NCBI GenBank assembly: GCA_938002085.1
Contig: CALLAT010000079.1
Coordinates: forward strand, 945-64,944
Source: an uncultured Pseudanabaenaceae cyanobacterium
GTDB taxonomy: Bacteria; Cyanobacteriota; Cyanobacteriia; PCC-9006; JAAUQQ01
DNA: 64,000 nucleotides
Direction of reading: 5' to 3'
Shown here: positions 51,572 through 61,859 of the stretch, piece by piece
How positions within the stretch are numbered: position 1 is the first letter of the stretch
How the letters are laid out: every line of letters starts with the position of its first letter
Translations under genes and position numbers: made by a program
Notes under the pieces: model-generated
What the model saw: the letters and a program-made list of their open reading frames with translations, nothing else
What the model was told of the DNA's origin: nothing
Database searches by the model: none

Positions 51572-54500
51572 ATGGATACAGATCAGCAGGTTAGGCTCAG
51601 CTTCCTCGAAGAATCAGAAGAGTATTTTGAGCAAATGGAGCAAGTGTTGCTCGGTTTGCCCGATGCGGAGAATCCGGTGCAGCAGCTCGATGTTGCCATG
51701 CGGGCGGCGCATTCCCTCAAGGGTGGTGCTGGCATGATGGGCTTTATGCCCATGGCCGAGGTCGCTCACCGACTGGAGGATTTCTTGAAAATCGTCCGGG
51801 CTCGCAGCGTGAAGGTCGATACCGAATTGGAGACCTTGCTGTTGGGCGGGGTTGACTGTCTTAAGGATGTGCGTCAGCAACTGGCGGACAATGGTGAGGT
51901 CGATGAGGGCTGGACGGCGGCCCATGCTGATCCGCTGTTTGCACAGCTGCGCGATCGCCTCGGTGACCTAAGCGAAGCCGACGAAAATAAGCTGCTCTCT
52001 GCGGATGAGGATATCGATGTTGCCACTTTGGTGTTTAACACCGGTGTGGAAGAATCCCTCGATGCTTTTGAGGCCAGCATTAGCAATTTCCAAGGGGAGG
52101 CCCTGCGTCAAGCCCTGATGGAACAGTGCGATCGCCTCACCGATCTAGGCCTGATGGGCGAAGTGGATAACTTTGTCGCCCTCTGCCAATCCGTGCGTGC
52201 TCAGGCAGAAGCCGTGAGCCTGGCCCAGCTGCCTGCGCTGCGGGATGAAGCCTTGGCCCTGTGGCAACGGACGCAAAGCCTGGTCATGCTGGGTCGTCTG
52301 GATAACTTGCCCACCGAGCTAGACTTCACACCTGACCCAGCTCTGGAAGCTGAAGTTTTGCCCGCGATCGCGCCAGAAATGCCTGACGCGGACGAGCTCA
52401 CCGCCATGGCCATGGCGGTGGAGATGGCCTTGGAGCAGCAATCTCGGCCTGCCCCAGCGGACGAAAACCTGAATAATGATGAACTCTCCATTCTCCAGGC
52501 AGAGATGGCCGAGGCAGCGGCCCTCGCCCTCGGAGCCATGGAAGCCACGGGCCAGGAAGCAGAATCTGCCAGCCCAGAGAACCTTCCCAGCGACCCAGTC
52601 TCCACAACCGACATTGGAGAGAACAATGAGCTAATCGACTTAAGCAAGCTCCAAGCCGAATTTGCTCAAATCGAAATGCCAGCCGAGGTTACCGAAGCCG
52701 CTCAGGCTGAATCCACAGTCGTCGAGCCCGTCCAGAAGCCAGCTTCTAAGCCAGAAATTAGCCCGGCCAGCTCACCGCCCGTGGCTCCAGCGGCATCTCC
52801 CACTGCGGCACAGCGCAAACCCAAAGCGACACCGGCCAAAGCCTCTAAATCCCAAACTGAGCGTCGCCAGCAGCCTCGCAGCAGCAGCAGCAGCAGCGGC
52901 GGCACCCTGCGCGTCTCCGCCGATGAACTCAAGCAGATTAACAATCTGTTCGGTAGCTTGATCTTGGAGCGCAATGCCGTTAACTTGCGTCAGCAACAGC
53001 TCGATGAATTCACGATGCTGCTGCAAGATCGCATGAATGCATTGGAAGCCTTTAACCTGCGCTTGCGCCAATGGTATGACAAGTCATCCTCTGCCAATGA
53101 CGAAGGCAGCGCAGACGGAACCGGTTCTCCAGTCACCGTAAATCCATCTGCCATCACAGCCAATCACCAGAGCAGTGAGGCTAGTGGTGACGAAGATTTC
53201 GACGCCCTAGAGATGGACCAATATTCTGACCTGCACCTATTGGCGGGTGAGCAGATGGAAACCGTCGTCAAACTCCAAGAGGTGACCGCCGATATTCGCC
53301 TGGGCCTACAGGAAATGGGCACGGCGCTACAGTCTCTCAATGGCACAACGCGCCAGCTCCAGGGTCGCATTACTCGCACCCAGATGCGTCCTTTCTCAGA
53401 CATTGTGGGCCGTTTCCCTCGGGTCATCCGTGACTTGTCTGTGCAGTACGACAAGAAGGTTGAGCTCAAGCTGGAAGGAGAAGGCACCCTGTTTGAGCGG
53501 GTTGCACTGAACGTTCTCACTGATCCCTTAACCCACCTGTTGCGCAACTCCTTTGACCATGGCATTGAGCCTGCAGAAGAGCGCCTCGCCGCAGGCAAAT
53601 CCAGCGAAGGGACGATTACATTGCGGGCTTCCCAGCTGGGCAACCGGGCGCGAATTGTCCTCCAGGATGATGGCCGTGGGATCAACTTGGACAAGATTCG
53701 CGATCGCATGCGCAAGCATGACATCCCTGAAACCCACATTGCAGGTATGAGCGAACAGGACTTGCTCTCCCTCATCTTCGATGCAGGCTTTAGTACAGCT
53801 GAGAAAGTCACCGCCCTATCGGGTCGTGGCGTGGGCATGGACGTGGTCCGTACTAACCTCAATAAGGTAGGCGGCGATATCAAAGTGGAAACGAAGCAGG
53901 GCAAAGGCACCACCTTCACCATCGATATTCCCCTGAGTTTGTCAGTTCTTCGCATCATGTTGCTGGAACAAGATGAGATGGTCTTTGCTATTCCGGTCAC
54001 AGCGGTAGATGAGCTGCTACATCTCGATTCGGAGATGATCATCAACACTCCCAAAGGGCCTTGCTTCCCATGGAAGGGGCATAAGGTACCTGTGATGCCC
54101 ATGGAGAACTTCATCAGCTTCAACGGCAGCGCTCCCATTACGCCCCTGGATGGCATGCCGGTGATTAATCAAGCCATGGTGCTGATTGTGCGCCATAACA
54201 ATGGTTACTACGCGATTCCCATTCAGCGTTACTGGGGTGAGCAGGAAGTTGCAACCCGTCCCGTGGCCAGCCCTCTGCCATTGCCCCAGGGCTGCGTCGG
54301 CGCAACCGTTTTAGGTGATGGTCGTGTGGTCCCACTCATGGATTTGCCTCGCCTCATCAGTGCTAGCAGCGAGCCCAAAACGGTCGACCTCTCGAAAGCT
54401 GCTGCTGATGCAACGGACGACGGCTTCACCGAGGGTCCCACTCTAACGAGCGCCTCTGACACGTCGACGCAGCAGACTATCTTAGTCGTGGACGACTCAG

Positions 54501-54844
54501 TACACCTGCGTCGCTATCTCACCATGACCTTGGAGAAAGCAGGCTACTTTGTCGAGCAAGCGCGGGATGGTCAAGAAGCGGTAGACCGTCTCCTAAGCGG
54601 CCTCAAAGTGCAAGCCGTGCTCTGCGACGTAGAAATGCCTCGCCTAGATGGCTACGGCGTCCTGGACAAAATTAAAGGACGGCCTGAGTTTAAGTCCTTG
54701 CCCATTTCCATGCTCACCTCCCGCAGTAGCGAAAAGCATCGCAAGTTGGCGATGAATCTCGGCGCTTCTGCTTACTTCTCCAAGCCCTACAATGACCAGG
54801 AATTGCTACAAACTTTGGATGAGTTAATCGCTGCGGCGGTCTAA
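51572..54844 (+). CDS. cheA: hybrid CheA histidine kinase (HPt, dimerisation, HATPase, CheW-like, C-terminal REC), PilL/PixL-like
   Basis: HPt: RAAHSLKGGAGMMGF. Kinase core: LTHLLRNSFDHGIE, DDGRGIN, SGRGVGMDVV. A CheW-like domain and a C-terminal receiver follow (ILVVDDS...LCDVEMPRLDG...SKP). Confidence 0.9.
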   Translation: MDTDQQVRLSFLEESEEYFEQMEQVLLGLPDAENPVQQLDVAMRAAHSLKGGAGMMGFMPMAEVAHRLEDFLKIVRARSVKVDTELETLLLGGVDCLKDVRQQLADNGEVDEGWTAAHADPLFAQLRDRLGDLSEADENKLLSADEDIDVATLVFNTGVEESLDAFEASISNFQGEALRQALMEQCDRLTDLGLMGEVDNFVALCQSVRAQAEAVSLAQLPALRDEALALWQRTQSLVMLGRLDNLPTELDFTPDPALEAEVLPAIAPEMPDADELTAMAMAVEMALEQQSRPAPADENLNNDELSILQAEMAEAAALALGAMEATGQEAESASPENLPSDPVSTTDIGENNELIDLSKLQAEFAQIEMPAEVTEAAQAESTVVEPVQKPASKPEISPASSPPVAPAASPTAAQRKPKATPAKASKSQTERRQQPRSSSSSSGGTLRVSADELKQINNLFGSLILERNAVNLRQQQLDEFTMLLQDRMNALEAFNLRLRQWYDKSSSANDEGSADGTGSPVTVNPSAITANHQSSEASGDEDFDALEMDQYSDLHLLAGEQMETVVKLQEVTADIRLGLQEMGTALQSLNGTTRQLQGRITRTQMRPFSDIVGRFPRVIRDLSVQYDKKVELKLEGEGTLFERVALNVLTDPLTHLLRNSFDHGIEPAEERLAAGKSSEGTITLRASQLGNRARIVLQDDGRGINLDKIRDRMRKHDIPETHIAGMSEQDLLSLIFDAGFSTAEKVTALSGRGVGMDVVRTNLNKVGGDIKVETKQGKGTTFTIDIPLSLSVLRIMLLEQDEMVFAIPVTAVDELLHLDSEMIINTPKGPCFPWKGHKVPVMPMENFISFNGSAPITPLDGMPVINQAMVLIVRHNNGYYAIPIQRYWGEQEVATRPVASPLPLPQGCVGATVLGDGRVVPLMDLPRLISASSEPKTVDLSKAAADATDDGFTEGPTLTSASDTSTQQTILVVDDSVHLRRYLTMTLEKAGYFVEQARDGQEAVDRLLSGLKVQAVLCDVEMPRLDGYGVLDKIKGRPEFKSLPISMLTSRSSEKHRKLAMNLGASAYFSKPYNDQELLQTLDELIAAAV

Positions 54845-55019
54845 GACTCAGTGAGTTAAGCCTATCCTCGCGTCATCATAGACCTTTGAACTCCCTGGGT
54901 TGCCCTCAAGCGAACTCAGGGAGTTCTCAGCTTTCTATGAGAGATTTTATAGGTGTTACATCTCCTATCCCTCAGTTCGTCTTCTTACATTGAAGACATC
55001 AATCCTCTGAGTTATCTCT

Positions 55020-55403
55020 ATGAAAGGCTCCATACTACTGGTTGAAGATGAAACTTGCCTGGCTCGGCTCATGGCGCTAGAACTTAGCGAAGCGGGCTAT
55101 GACGTCACCATCGCTAGTGACGGTTTAGCTGGTCTGGAACAGGCTGAAGCCAACGCTCCCGACTTATTACTGTTGGACTGGTCTCTGCCCAAGCTGACGG
55201 GCCTAGACCTTTGCGCCAAGCTACGGAGAGCGGGTGATGCGGTGCCAATTATTTTTGTCACCTCCCGCGCGGAAGATGAGTATAAGGCGATCGCCCTCGA
55301 AGCCGGTGCCAATGACTATTTGATGAAGCCGTTCAATATCAATGCGCTATTGGACAAAATCAGTACGTTCTTTAATCCACAACTCTCTACCCTCTTGGAC
55401 TAG
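55020..55403 (+). CDS. stand-alone receiver-domain response regulator
   Basis: A 127-aa receiver: ILLVEDE, PDLLLLDWSLPKLTGLDLC, PIIFVTSR, MKPF. There is no output domain. Confidence 0.85.
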   Translation: MKGSILLVEDETCLARLMALELSEAGYDVTIASDGLAGLEQAEANAPDLLLLDWSLPKLTGLDLCAKLRRAGDAVPIIFVTSRAEDEYKAIALEAGANDYLMKPFNINALLDKISTFFNPQLSTLLD

Positions 55404-55704
55404 CGTTATGGAAGCATGTGGTCAATAGTTGGCTAACAAACTCAAGCGATCGTTTTGGCTAGCAGCAGGCTAAGGAAGCAGACGCGACTCAAGATAACTC
55501 GCTGAACCAAGCCTGATATGAGCCAGAGCCAGCTCTTACAAGGTGGGCAAGAAGCTGACTCAAGCAGGCCTAAAAGGAGTATGGATAGGACATGAGAACG
55601 AGGCGATCGCGCAAAGAAAAAACTGCTCTCTATTGTCCCTGGTTACGCCATTCGATCAGCCTAACGTTGCGGAAACAGCCTCTACAGCATATCGAGAGCT
55701 TTCG

Positions 55705-58581
55705 CTAAAAGACCAACTGATCCCTATGAGAAAGGCTATCTCTCACATCGATTTCGGTTGCAATGCCTTGGCTGTCTGACATTTGCCAGATTAGATTGTC
55801 GCCTGCAAACACTCGATGGCGCAGAAATACATCGGTGATGCCATCGTTATTAAAGTCTCTAGCCCCTTCAATATGCCAATCTATATCTGTGATCTCTCGA
55901 CCGAATAAGGATTCTTCAATGATCATGCCTCGGTCCATTTTCCACAGGACATTCTGGCCAGAGTCATAGTCACGAAGCAAAAAGTCGCTTTGCCCATCAC
56001 CATCAAAGTCGGCAACGGCATCAATTCTCCAACTATCATCTTGAATCTCTCGACCCACCAGGCCTTCCCACAAAATATTGCCATTGCCGTCCAAATACCA
56101 AGCAATCGTTTGATCAGCGATAGTGTTGCGAAGGATGACGTCCTCATTACCATCTAGATCTATATCACCCGCTCCAACGATCTCCCAATTTGGATCGGAG
56201 ACAAGTCGGCCAAAGAGATCTCCATCGGTCTCACCATCGTTGCCCGGCAAAACGCTATTGCTATTGGGGTCCATGTAGTAGACAAGATACTGTCCAGCAT
56301 TGGCATGTCTCATCAAGATGTCGTCTTGACCATCGCCGTTCAAGTCCCCCATGGCTTCCAATGACCAGCTCAGTGCAGGCGGGATATCGCGGGAAGCCTG
56401 GAAGCCAGTCTCCACGAGATCTTCACCACGGAAGTCTCGATCACTCCGCTCATAATTGAGGTGCTGTAGAAAACCGCGAAAACCGATGGCGGCACCTGCA
56501 CCCAATATTCCAAATGTTTCTTCAGCGGTGACGGAAACTGTGAATTGTTGCTCAACAGCGCCTCCCCGTCCATCTTCCGACCTCACACGAATTGAGTAAG
56601 GCAATTGGCCTACATCTGTCGAGTCTCTTGTCTGGAGAACATTTCCATCAATAATCCTAAAAGCGCTATAGTCGTCATCCCCCTCCCCGGCAACCAAGGT
56701 ATAGACGTGGCTATCTGTGGCGTCAGCATCTATTGTTCCTAGCGTGCCAACATTAAATCTGTTACCTGAAAAAATGGGAATATCACGATTGGAGAGTGTG
56801 ATTTCTGTGGGCGCAGCATTGTCCTCATCTAGATCATTGACGCTGAGGTTAAAAAGCTTGTCAAAGAATTCTCCTGATTGATCAGTGGTGCGGATTTGCA
56901 GGCTGTAGCTGGATTGGGTTTCGTAGTCGGGGGAACTGTTGATAATCAGTTGATCGCTATCAATCGTGAAAGCTCCGTTGTCATTACTGCCACTCACGAA
57001 GCTATAGGTGAAGCTGTCGTCAATATCGCTATCGGTGGTGCGAAAACTTGCAATGGTACTGCCTGCAGCAATATTTTCGTCAAACTCAGAAATCGCGTTG
57101 AAGTCAGCATCAAAGGGAGAGGCGATTGAAACAACTCCGCTGACAAGCTGACTCGTGACGGCACTGCTATCACCACCTCCACCAGGATTGCCCCAGGTGA
57201 TAATAGAGCCGTCTGCCTTAATAGCAATGAATGCATAGCTATTGGCAATGAGCTGAACAACACCACTTGCAAGCTGACTCGCGACGGCACTGCTATCACC
57301 TCCTCTACTAGGGTCGCCCCAGGTCACAACTGAGCCATCTTTTTTCAAAGCTGCGAATGCACTTTCGGTGGAGAAGATTGTACTGACATCACTAGCCAGT
57401 GCTGCACTGACAGCACTGCTATCTCCTCCCGCGATCGCATCCCCCCAGGTCACCACAGAACCATCTTCTTTCAGGGCAGCAAACGCTTCACCAACGAATC
57501 TGTCGAAGGTCACTCTCTCGACTAAGAAATTTCTATTGCCATTGGAGAAGATTTCCTTGACACCACTGGAGAGATCAACGCCACTGCTATCCCCTCCCCC
57601 TCCATTGCCCCAAGTAACGACAGAGCCATCTTCCTTTAGGGCTGCGAATGCTCCCGGAGTGGAATAAAGACGCTGAACCCCACTGTTTAACTGCTCCGCA
57701 ACAGCACTACTATCGTCACCAAATCCATAGGAGCTGAAAGAGGCCACAGGCCCAAAAGGCTTGACATCAGAAATGAGGCCACCATAGATTGGCCCACCTC
57801 CCCAGGTCGTTACGGAACCGTCTTCTCCAAGGACTGCAAATGCATACTGCGTAGCAGCTATTTCGCGTGCGTTGGTGGGTAAGTTGACCTCCTGCTGAAA
57901 ATTACCACCAAAACCTCTATCCCCCCAGCGAACAACAGAGCCATCATTTTTAATGGCAGCATTGGCAGCGCCATTAGAGATGACAGATTTGATGCCGCTT
58001 GAAAAGTCAACACTACCAATTGCACGATGGTAGAAGGCAGACGAACCCCAAGTTCTAACAAAGCCATCATTTGTGACCGCCGAAAAACCACTCCCAGAGG
58101 TATAGATGTCGCGCACACCACTAGAAAAATCAATGTTTTGAGTATCAATCGCAGTATTGCGATTCTCAGGATCCGCCCAATAGAAAACCTGTCGTCCCCA
58201 AGTGACAACACTGCCGTCTTCTTTTAAGGCTGTGAAGGCTCTATCGCTGGAGAATAGCTTGACTACGCCTTCAGACAACTCAAAAGCAACAGCGGTGCTA
58301 TCACCGCCATAATTAGAGTCACCCCAGGTCACCACAGAGCCATCATTCTTCAGCGCCGCAAATGCTCGCGTCGAAGAAAAGACTTCACTCACATCGCTGG
58401 AGACATTAACGCCACTACTGTCTCCCCCTGAATTGGGGTCTCCCCAAGTGACCACCGAGCCATCTGCTTTGACCGCTGCAAAGGCAGAGGTATTCCGATA
58501 TTCCTGATAGCTACCGCCACCGCCACCAAGCCGCCCAACAGCGATTTCTTGACCCAGGCGAATATCTGTAGGAGTAGCCAT
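55705..58581 (-). CDS. large modular protein with ~10 RCC1-like beta-propeller repeats, 2 cadherin domains and 4 FG-GAP/VCBS-like repeats
   Basis: The repeat AFAALK.DGSVVTWG....GGDSS.V occurs ~10 times. Cadherin signature: FDENIAAGSTIA...FTYSFVSG...PDYETQSSYSLQIRTTD...VNDLDE. C-terminal Ca-type repeats: DLNGDGQDDILMRH, DIDLDGNEDVILRN, DFDGDGQSDFLLRD, DFNNDGITDVFLRH. I prefer the ATG at 58581, because the track start at 58653 is a TTG. Confidence 0.85.
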   Translation of the reverse strand: MATPTDIRLGQEIAVGRLGGGGGSYQEYRNTSAFAAVKADGSVVTWGDPNSGGDSSGVNVSSDVSEVFSSTRAFAALKNDGSVVTWGDSNYGGDSTAVAFELSEGVVKLFSSDRAFTALKEDGSVVTWGRQVFYWADPENRNTAIDTQNIDFSSGVRDIYTSGSGFSAVTNDGFVRTWGSSAFYHRAIGSVDFSSGIKSVISNGAANAAIKNDGSVVRWGDRGFGGNFQQEVNLPTNAREIAATQYAFAVLGEDGSVTTWGGGPIYGGLISDVKPFGPVASFSSYGFGDDSSAVAEQLNSGVQRLYSTPGAFAALKEDGSVVTWGNGGGGDSSGVDLSSGVKEIFSNGNRNFLVERVTFDRFVGEAFAALKEDGSVVTWGDAIAGGDSSAVSAALASDVSTIFSTESAFAALKKDGSVVTWGDPSRGGDSSAVASQLASGVVQLIANSYAFIAIKADGSIITWGNPGGGGDSSAVTSQLVSGVVSIASPFDADFNAISEFDENIAAGSTIASFRTTDSDIDDSFTYSFVSGSNDNGAFTIDSDQLIINSSPDYETQSSYSLQIRTTDQSGEFFDKLFNLSVNDLDEDNAAPTEITLSNRDIPIFSGNRFNVGTLGTIDADATDSHVYTLVAGEGDDDYSAFRIIDGNVLQTRDSTDVGQLPYSIRVRSEDGRGGAVEQQFTVSVTAEETFGILGAGAAIGFRGFLQHLNYERSDRDFRGEDLVETGFQASRDIPPALSWSLEAMGDLNGDGQDDILMRHANAGQYLVYYMDPNSNSVLPGNDGETDGDLFGRLVSDPNWEIVGAGDIDLDGNEDVILRNTIADQTIAWYLDGNGNILWEGLVGREIQDDSWRIDAVADFDGDGQSDFLLRDYDSGQNVLWKMDRGMIIEESLFGREITDIDWHIEGARDFNNDGITDVFLRHRVFAGDNLIWQMSDSQGIATEIDVRDSLSHRDQLVF

Positions 58582-58936
58582 AGTGTTGATGCGAGATGGA
58601 AAGTGCTGTGCTGTGGACTTTAGAGGCTGCTCTCTAATGCCAATCAAGGTCAAGAGCTCGATTGATACTCCGGAAGCAATTAGCCCTGAGCCATTGGCGC
58701 AGTGGGCGCTGTAGCTTCAGCAGTTGCCGGTATATATTCTAACAATCAGAGTAGTATGCTCTCTCTCCTTAGATTGCTATAAACCCCAAAATTCAGTGCT
58801 TCTTTATTCCAACAAGAAGCTTGCCTTTACAGAGAGATTCAGAGACTCGCTATTCAGCTCGCTTTCACAGCTCAAACTATTCCATATAGCAATGAGCAGG
58901 CAAGCAATCCCACTTACCCGCTCACCCGCTCAAGCT

Positions 58937-61579
58937 TTAGAGCACAAGTTGAGAATAAGGATTAGCAGTCCCTTGAATCAGCCGCTCCTGGGAAATTTGG
59001 CCATCCTTCATCTCCCACAACAGCGTTTGAGAAGCCAGGTTATTTTGTAAGATGATGTCCACTTCACCATCGCGATTGAGATCCTTCGCTCCAACGATGT
59101 GCCAATTGAGATCTTCTACAATGCGACCGATCAATCGCTCAGAGATGATCTCAGTACCATCCATTTCCATCAGCAGGTTTTGGCCAGAACCATAGTGCCG
59201 CAACAGCAAGTCAGCTTGGCCATCGCCTGTGAAATCAGCAGTGGCTTCAATCTGCCAGCGGCTATCTTCAAAGTCTCGGCCCACAGGGGTTTCAGCGAGG
59301 ATATTGCCCTGGATATCCATAAACCAAGCCAGGGTTTGGTCCGCCTCAGTATTACGCAGCAGCAAGTCTGCTTGGTCATCTCCGTTGAAATCGCTGATGC
59401 CAACAATCTCCCAATCCTGGGGGAGTAGGCGTCCGATCAATCTCTCTTCTGTAATTTTGGGGCGATCGCTCTCCAAATACCAAGCCAACACCTGACCTGA
59501 GATATGGCGGAGTACAGCATCCTCTTGCCCATCACCGTTCAAGTCGCCCAGCATTTTTATCTGCCAGTTTTGATCCGTGAGGTCTCGTTGCAGACTAGTT
59601 TGGCTTGCCTGGCGGCGAGCGCTAAAGTCAACTAGAGAGACATCGCCACTGAGTTGATTCCAGAACAACGCATTAGCACTAGGGCCTTGAGCATCACTGG
59701 CAGGATTCAAGACACTGTAACGGGCAACCACAAAATCTTCACCAGTTGAGGTTGATACTCTCCCACTGATCAATAGATTTTCATTTTTATCTAACGCCAC
59801 ATCTGTGACTGCTCCAAACTGGCCATCAAAGTCAGTAAGGGTAATTCCCTCAGTCCCAAAACTGCTGTCAATTTCGCCATCGTCACCATAACGAGCCATA
59901 ACAACATCGTTTAAAGACGTTGATCCAACGAAAGTAATTTGATCGAAGCGGTCCACTACTATGTCGTAAATCCCAACGGGATAGCGTTCTGTTCGGGGGA
60001 TAATAACCTGTCCACCATCACCAAAGCTGGTGTCAAAATTACCTGTGAGATCAAATCGAGTCAAAATAGCATTTCTCTCATTTCCTTGTGTCGCATAAGT
60101 GACAATTAGTTTTCCATTGTTATCTACGCGACTCGCTCTTACACGCTGCTGAAGTAAAATCTGTCCGTCATCACCAAAGCTCGTATCTAAGCTTCCGTCA
60201 TAGAAATAGCGAGCTGCGCGAAATCCATTTTCTATGACCTCTCCAGCCCCTGTCACATAGAATCCTGCATCCGTTAATAAAATGCGATCGCCAATTTCAT
60301 AGTCACCACTTAATGACGTCAAAAGTTTGCCATCATCGCCAAAGCTAGTATCCAGAATGCCTGAGCTGGTATAGCGCACAATACCAAGATTTCTAAAATC
60401 TACACCTGTGGACTCTACAGCTCCAGTGACAAGAATATTGCCCATTAAGTCTAGACTCAGAGTGGAGGCAATAAATTGACTAGTACCGAATAGAAGAGAA
60501 GCTTGACCATTAGAGCCAAAGTCGATGTCGCGTTCCCCTTGACTGTCATAACGCGTCAACAAAATGGTCGGTTTTAAGTCAGATTTAAGGTTTGTCCCGT
60601 AAGTGAGAACTAAGGAGCCACCTCTCACGTCTTCGATCGCATCTAGAATCTGTACAAAATCAAACTTCTCGGAATTTCTATCAACAACAATACCGCCATT
60701 TCCAAAGCTATCATCCAGACTTCCATTAGTCTTATAACGGGCAAGGGCAACGTCTGTACCGAATTGGTTTGTCAACTGAGTGGTAGTCCCTACGACTGTG
60801 ACATCGCCATCACGATTGCTAATGACATGTTCTGCAACATCATTTCTACCAGCAATGTCAAGGATTATCTGTCCGTCACCCGCAAAGTTGCGATCAAGTT
60901 TTCCGTGATAAGCGACCTCGTCTATATCATTGACCGATAATGAGAGCTCTTCTTCATAGAAGCTCCCAGCGGAATCTGTGGTGCGAACACGAATGCTATA
61001 GCTGTTCTGAGTCTCGTAGTCAGGCGACTGTTTGATGCGGAGCTGATCATTTTGAATAGTGAAGGCAGCATTGTCGCGATCGCCAAACCCTTCAACAAGG
61101 CTGTAGGTGAACCGATCATTCAAGTTCGGTTCGGTACTCTGGAAGCGAGCAACAAGACTATTCGCTGCAATATTTTCATTGAATCTGAGTACGTCAAAAA
61201 AGCCACGACTTCGTGAAAACGGAATGACAACGACATCACTGGACTGTAGCCCTGCAACTGAGCGACTGTCCTCGCCTTCACTGCCAGAAGCCCAGCTAGC
61301 GGTGGAACCATCCTGCTGGATTGCGATGAACTCCCCGCTGCGACTGCTGTATTCAGAACTATTTGACTGAGATTGATTAATATCGCTCCAATCTACTGTG
61401 TGCCTCACTCCTAAATCTGTGGAACCCAAGTTAATCTCATCCTGCAGTGGGAGAATATATTGAAGCGATCGCTCCTCTTCACCTAACCCAGCCGTCAGAT
61501 TCCCCCGGATGGTTTGATCACTATCTCCTAAAGAATCAACAGCAGTGCATCTCGCAACAGAATCTGAAGTGCTAGGCAT
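58937..61579 (-). CDS. large modular protein with a cadherin domain, delta-60-type beta-propeller repeats and 4 FG-GAP/VCBS-like repeats
   Basis: Cadherin: FNENIAANSLVARF...FTYSLVEG...PDYETQNSYSIRVRTTD...VNDIDE. About 6 repeats of D.SFG..G carry the spacing of delta-60 repeats (SFGNGGIVV, DFGSNGQASL, SFGDDGKLL, SFGDDGQIL, SFGDGGQVI, SFGTEGITL). The C-terminal module is DLNGDGQEDAVLRH, DFNGDDQADLLLRN, DFTGDGQADLLLRH, DLNRDGEVDIILQN. Confidence 0.85.
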   Translation of the reverse strand: MPSTSDSVARCTAVDSLGDSDQTIRGNLTAGLGEEERSLQYILPLQDEINLGSTDLGVRHTVDWSDINQSQSNSSEYSSRSGEFIAIQQDGSTASWASGSEGEDSRSVAGLQSSDVVVIPFSRSRGFFDVLRFNENIAANSLVARFQSTEPNLNDRFTYSLVEGFGDRDNAAFTIQNDQLRIKQSPDYETQNSYSIRVRTTDSAGSFYEEELSLSVNDIDEVAYHGKLDRNFAGDGQIILDIAGRNDVAEHVISNRDGDVTVVGTTTQLTNQFGTDVALARYKTNGSLDDSFGNGGIVVDRNSEKFDFVQILDAIEDVRGGSLVLTYGTNLKSDLKPTILLTRYDSQGERDIDFGSNGQASLLFGTSQFIASTLSLDLMGNILVTGAVESTGVDFRNLGIVRYTSSGILDTSFGDDGKLLTSLSGDYEIGDRILLTDAGFYVTGAGEVIENGFRAARYFYDGSLDTSFGDDGQILLQQRVRASRVDNNGKLIVTYATQGNERNAILTRFDLTGNFDTSFGDGGQVIIPRTERYPVGIYDIVVDRFDQITFVGSTSLNDVVMARYGDDGEIDSSFGTEGITLTDFDGQFGAVTDVALDKNENLLISGRVSTSTGEDFVVARYSVLNPASDAQGPSANALFWNQLSGDVSLVDFSARRQASQTSLQRDLTDQNWQIKMLGDLNGDGQEDAVLRHISGQVLAWYLESDRPKITEERLIGRLLPQDWEIVGISDFNGDDQADLLLRNTEADQTLAWFMDIQGNILAETPVGRDFEDSRWQIEATADFTGDGQADLLLRHYGSGQNLLMEMDGTEIISERLIGRIVEDLNWHIVGAKDLNRDGEVDIILQNNLASQTLLWEMKDGQISQERLIQGTANPYSQLVL

Positions 61580-61859
61580 AAAGTATTAGTTGGTAGAGCA
61601 AAACCGCAGAGATACTGCCCAACTTCTCGAAGCTGTGTAGCTGGGCCTAGATTGAATCTACTGCGCGTCTATGGAGAACAACAGGTTAGAAGTGGGAAAT
61701 TACGGGTAAATTCACATAGAAACTGGTTCTACTTGTCTTCACTTCACGAAGAATCATGCCTGAAAACACGTAGATTCCTGGCTCAAGAGCGCATATATGC
61801 GAGTTATTCAGAATCTATGCCCTAGTCAGTTTTGATTTCGCACAAGGAATTTTTAGGTG

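Noticed and set aside
53164-54156. A 330-aa minus-strand ORF antisense to the CheA kinase core.
   Set aside because: It lies fully inside a frame with unambiguous CheA motifs (HATPase and CheW domains). Its translation is S/R/P-rich with no recognisable features, which is typical of an antisense shadow ORF.
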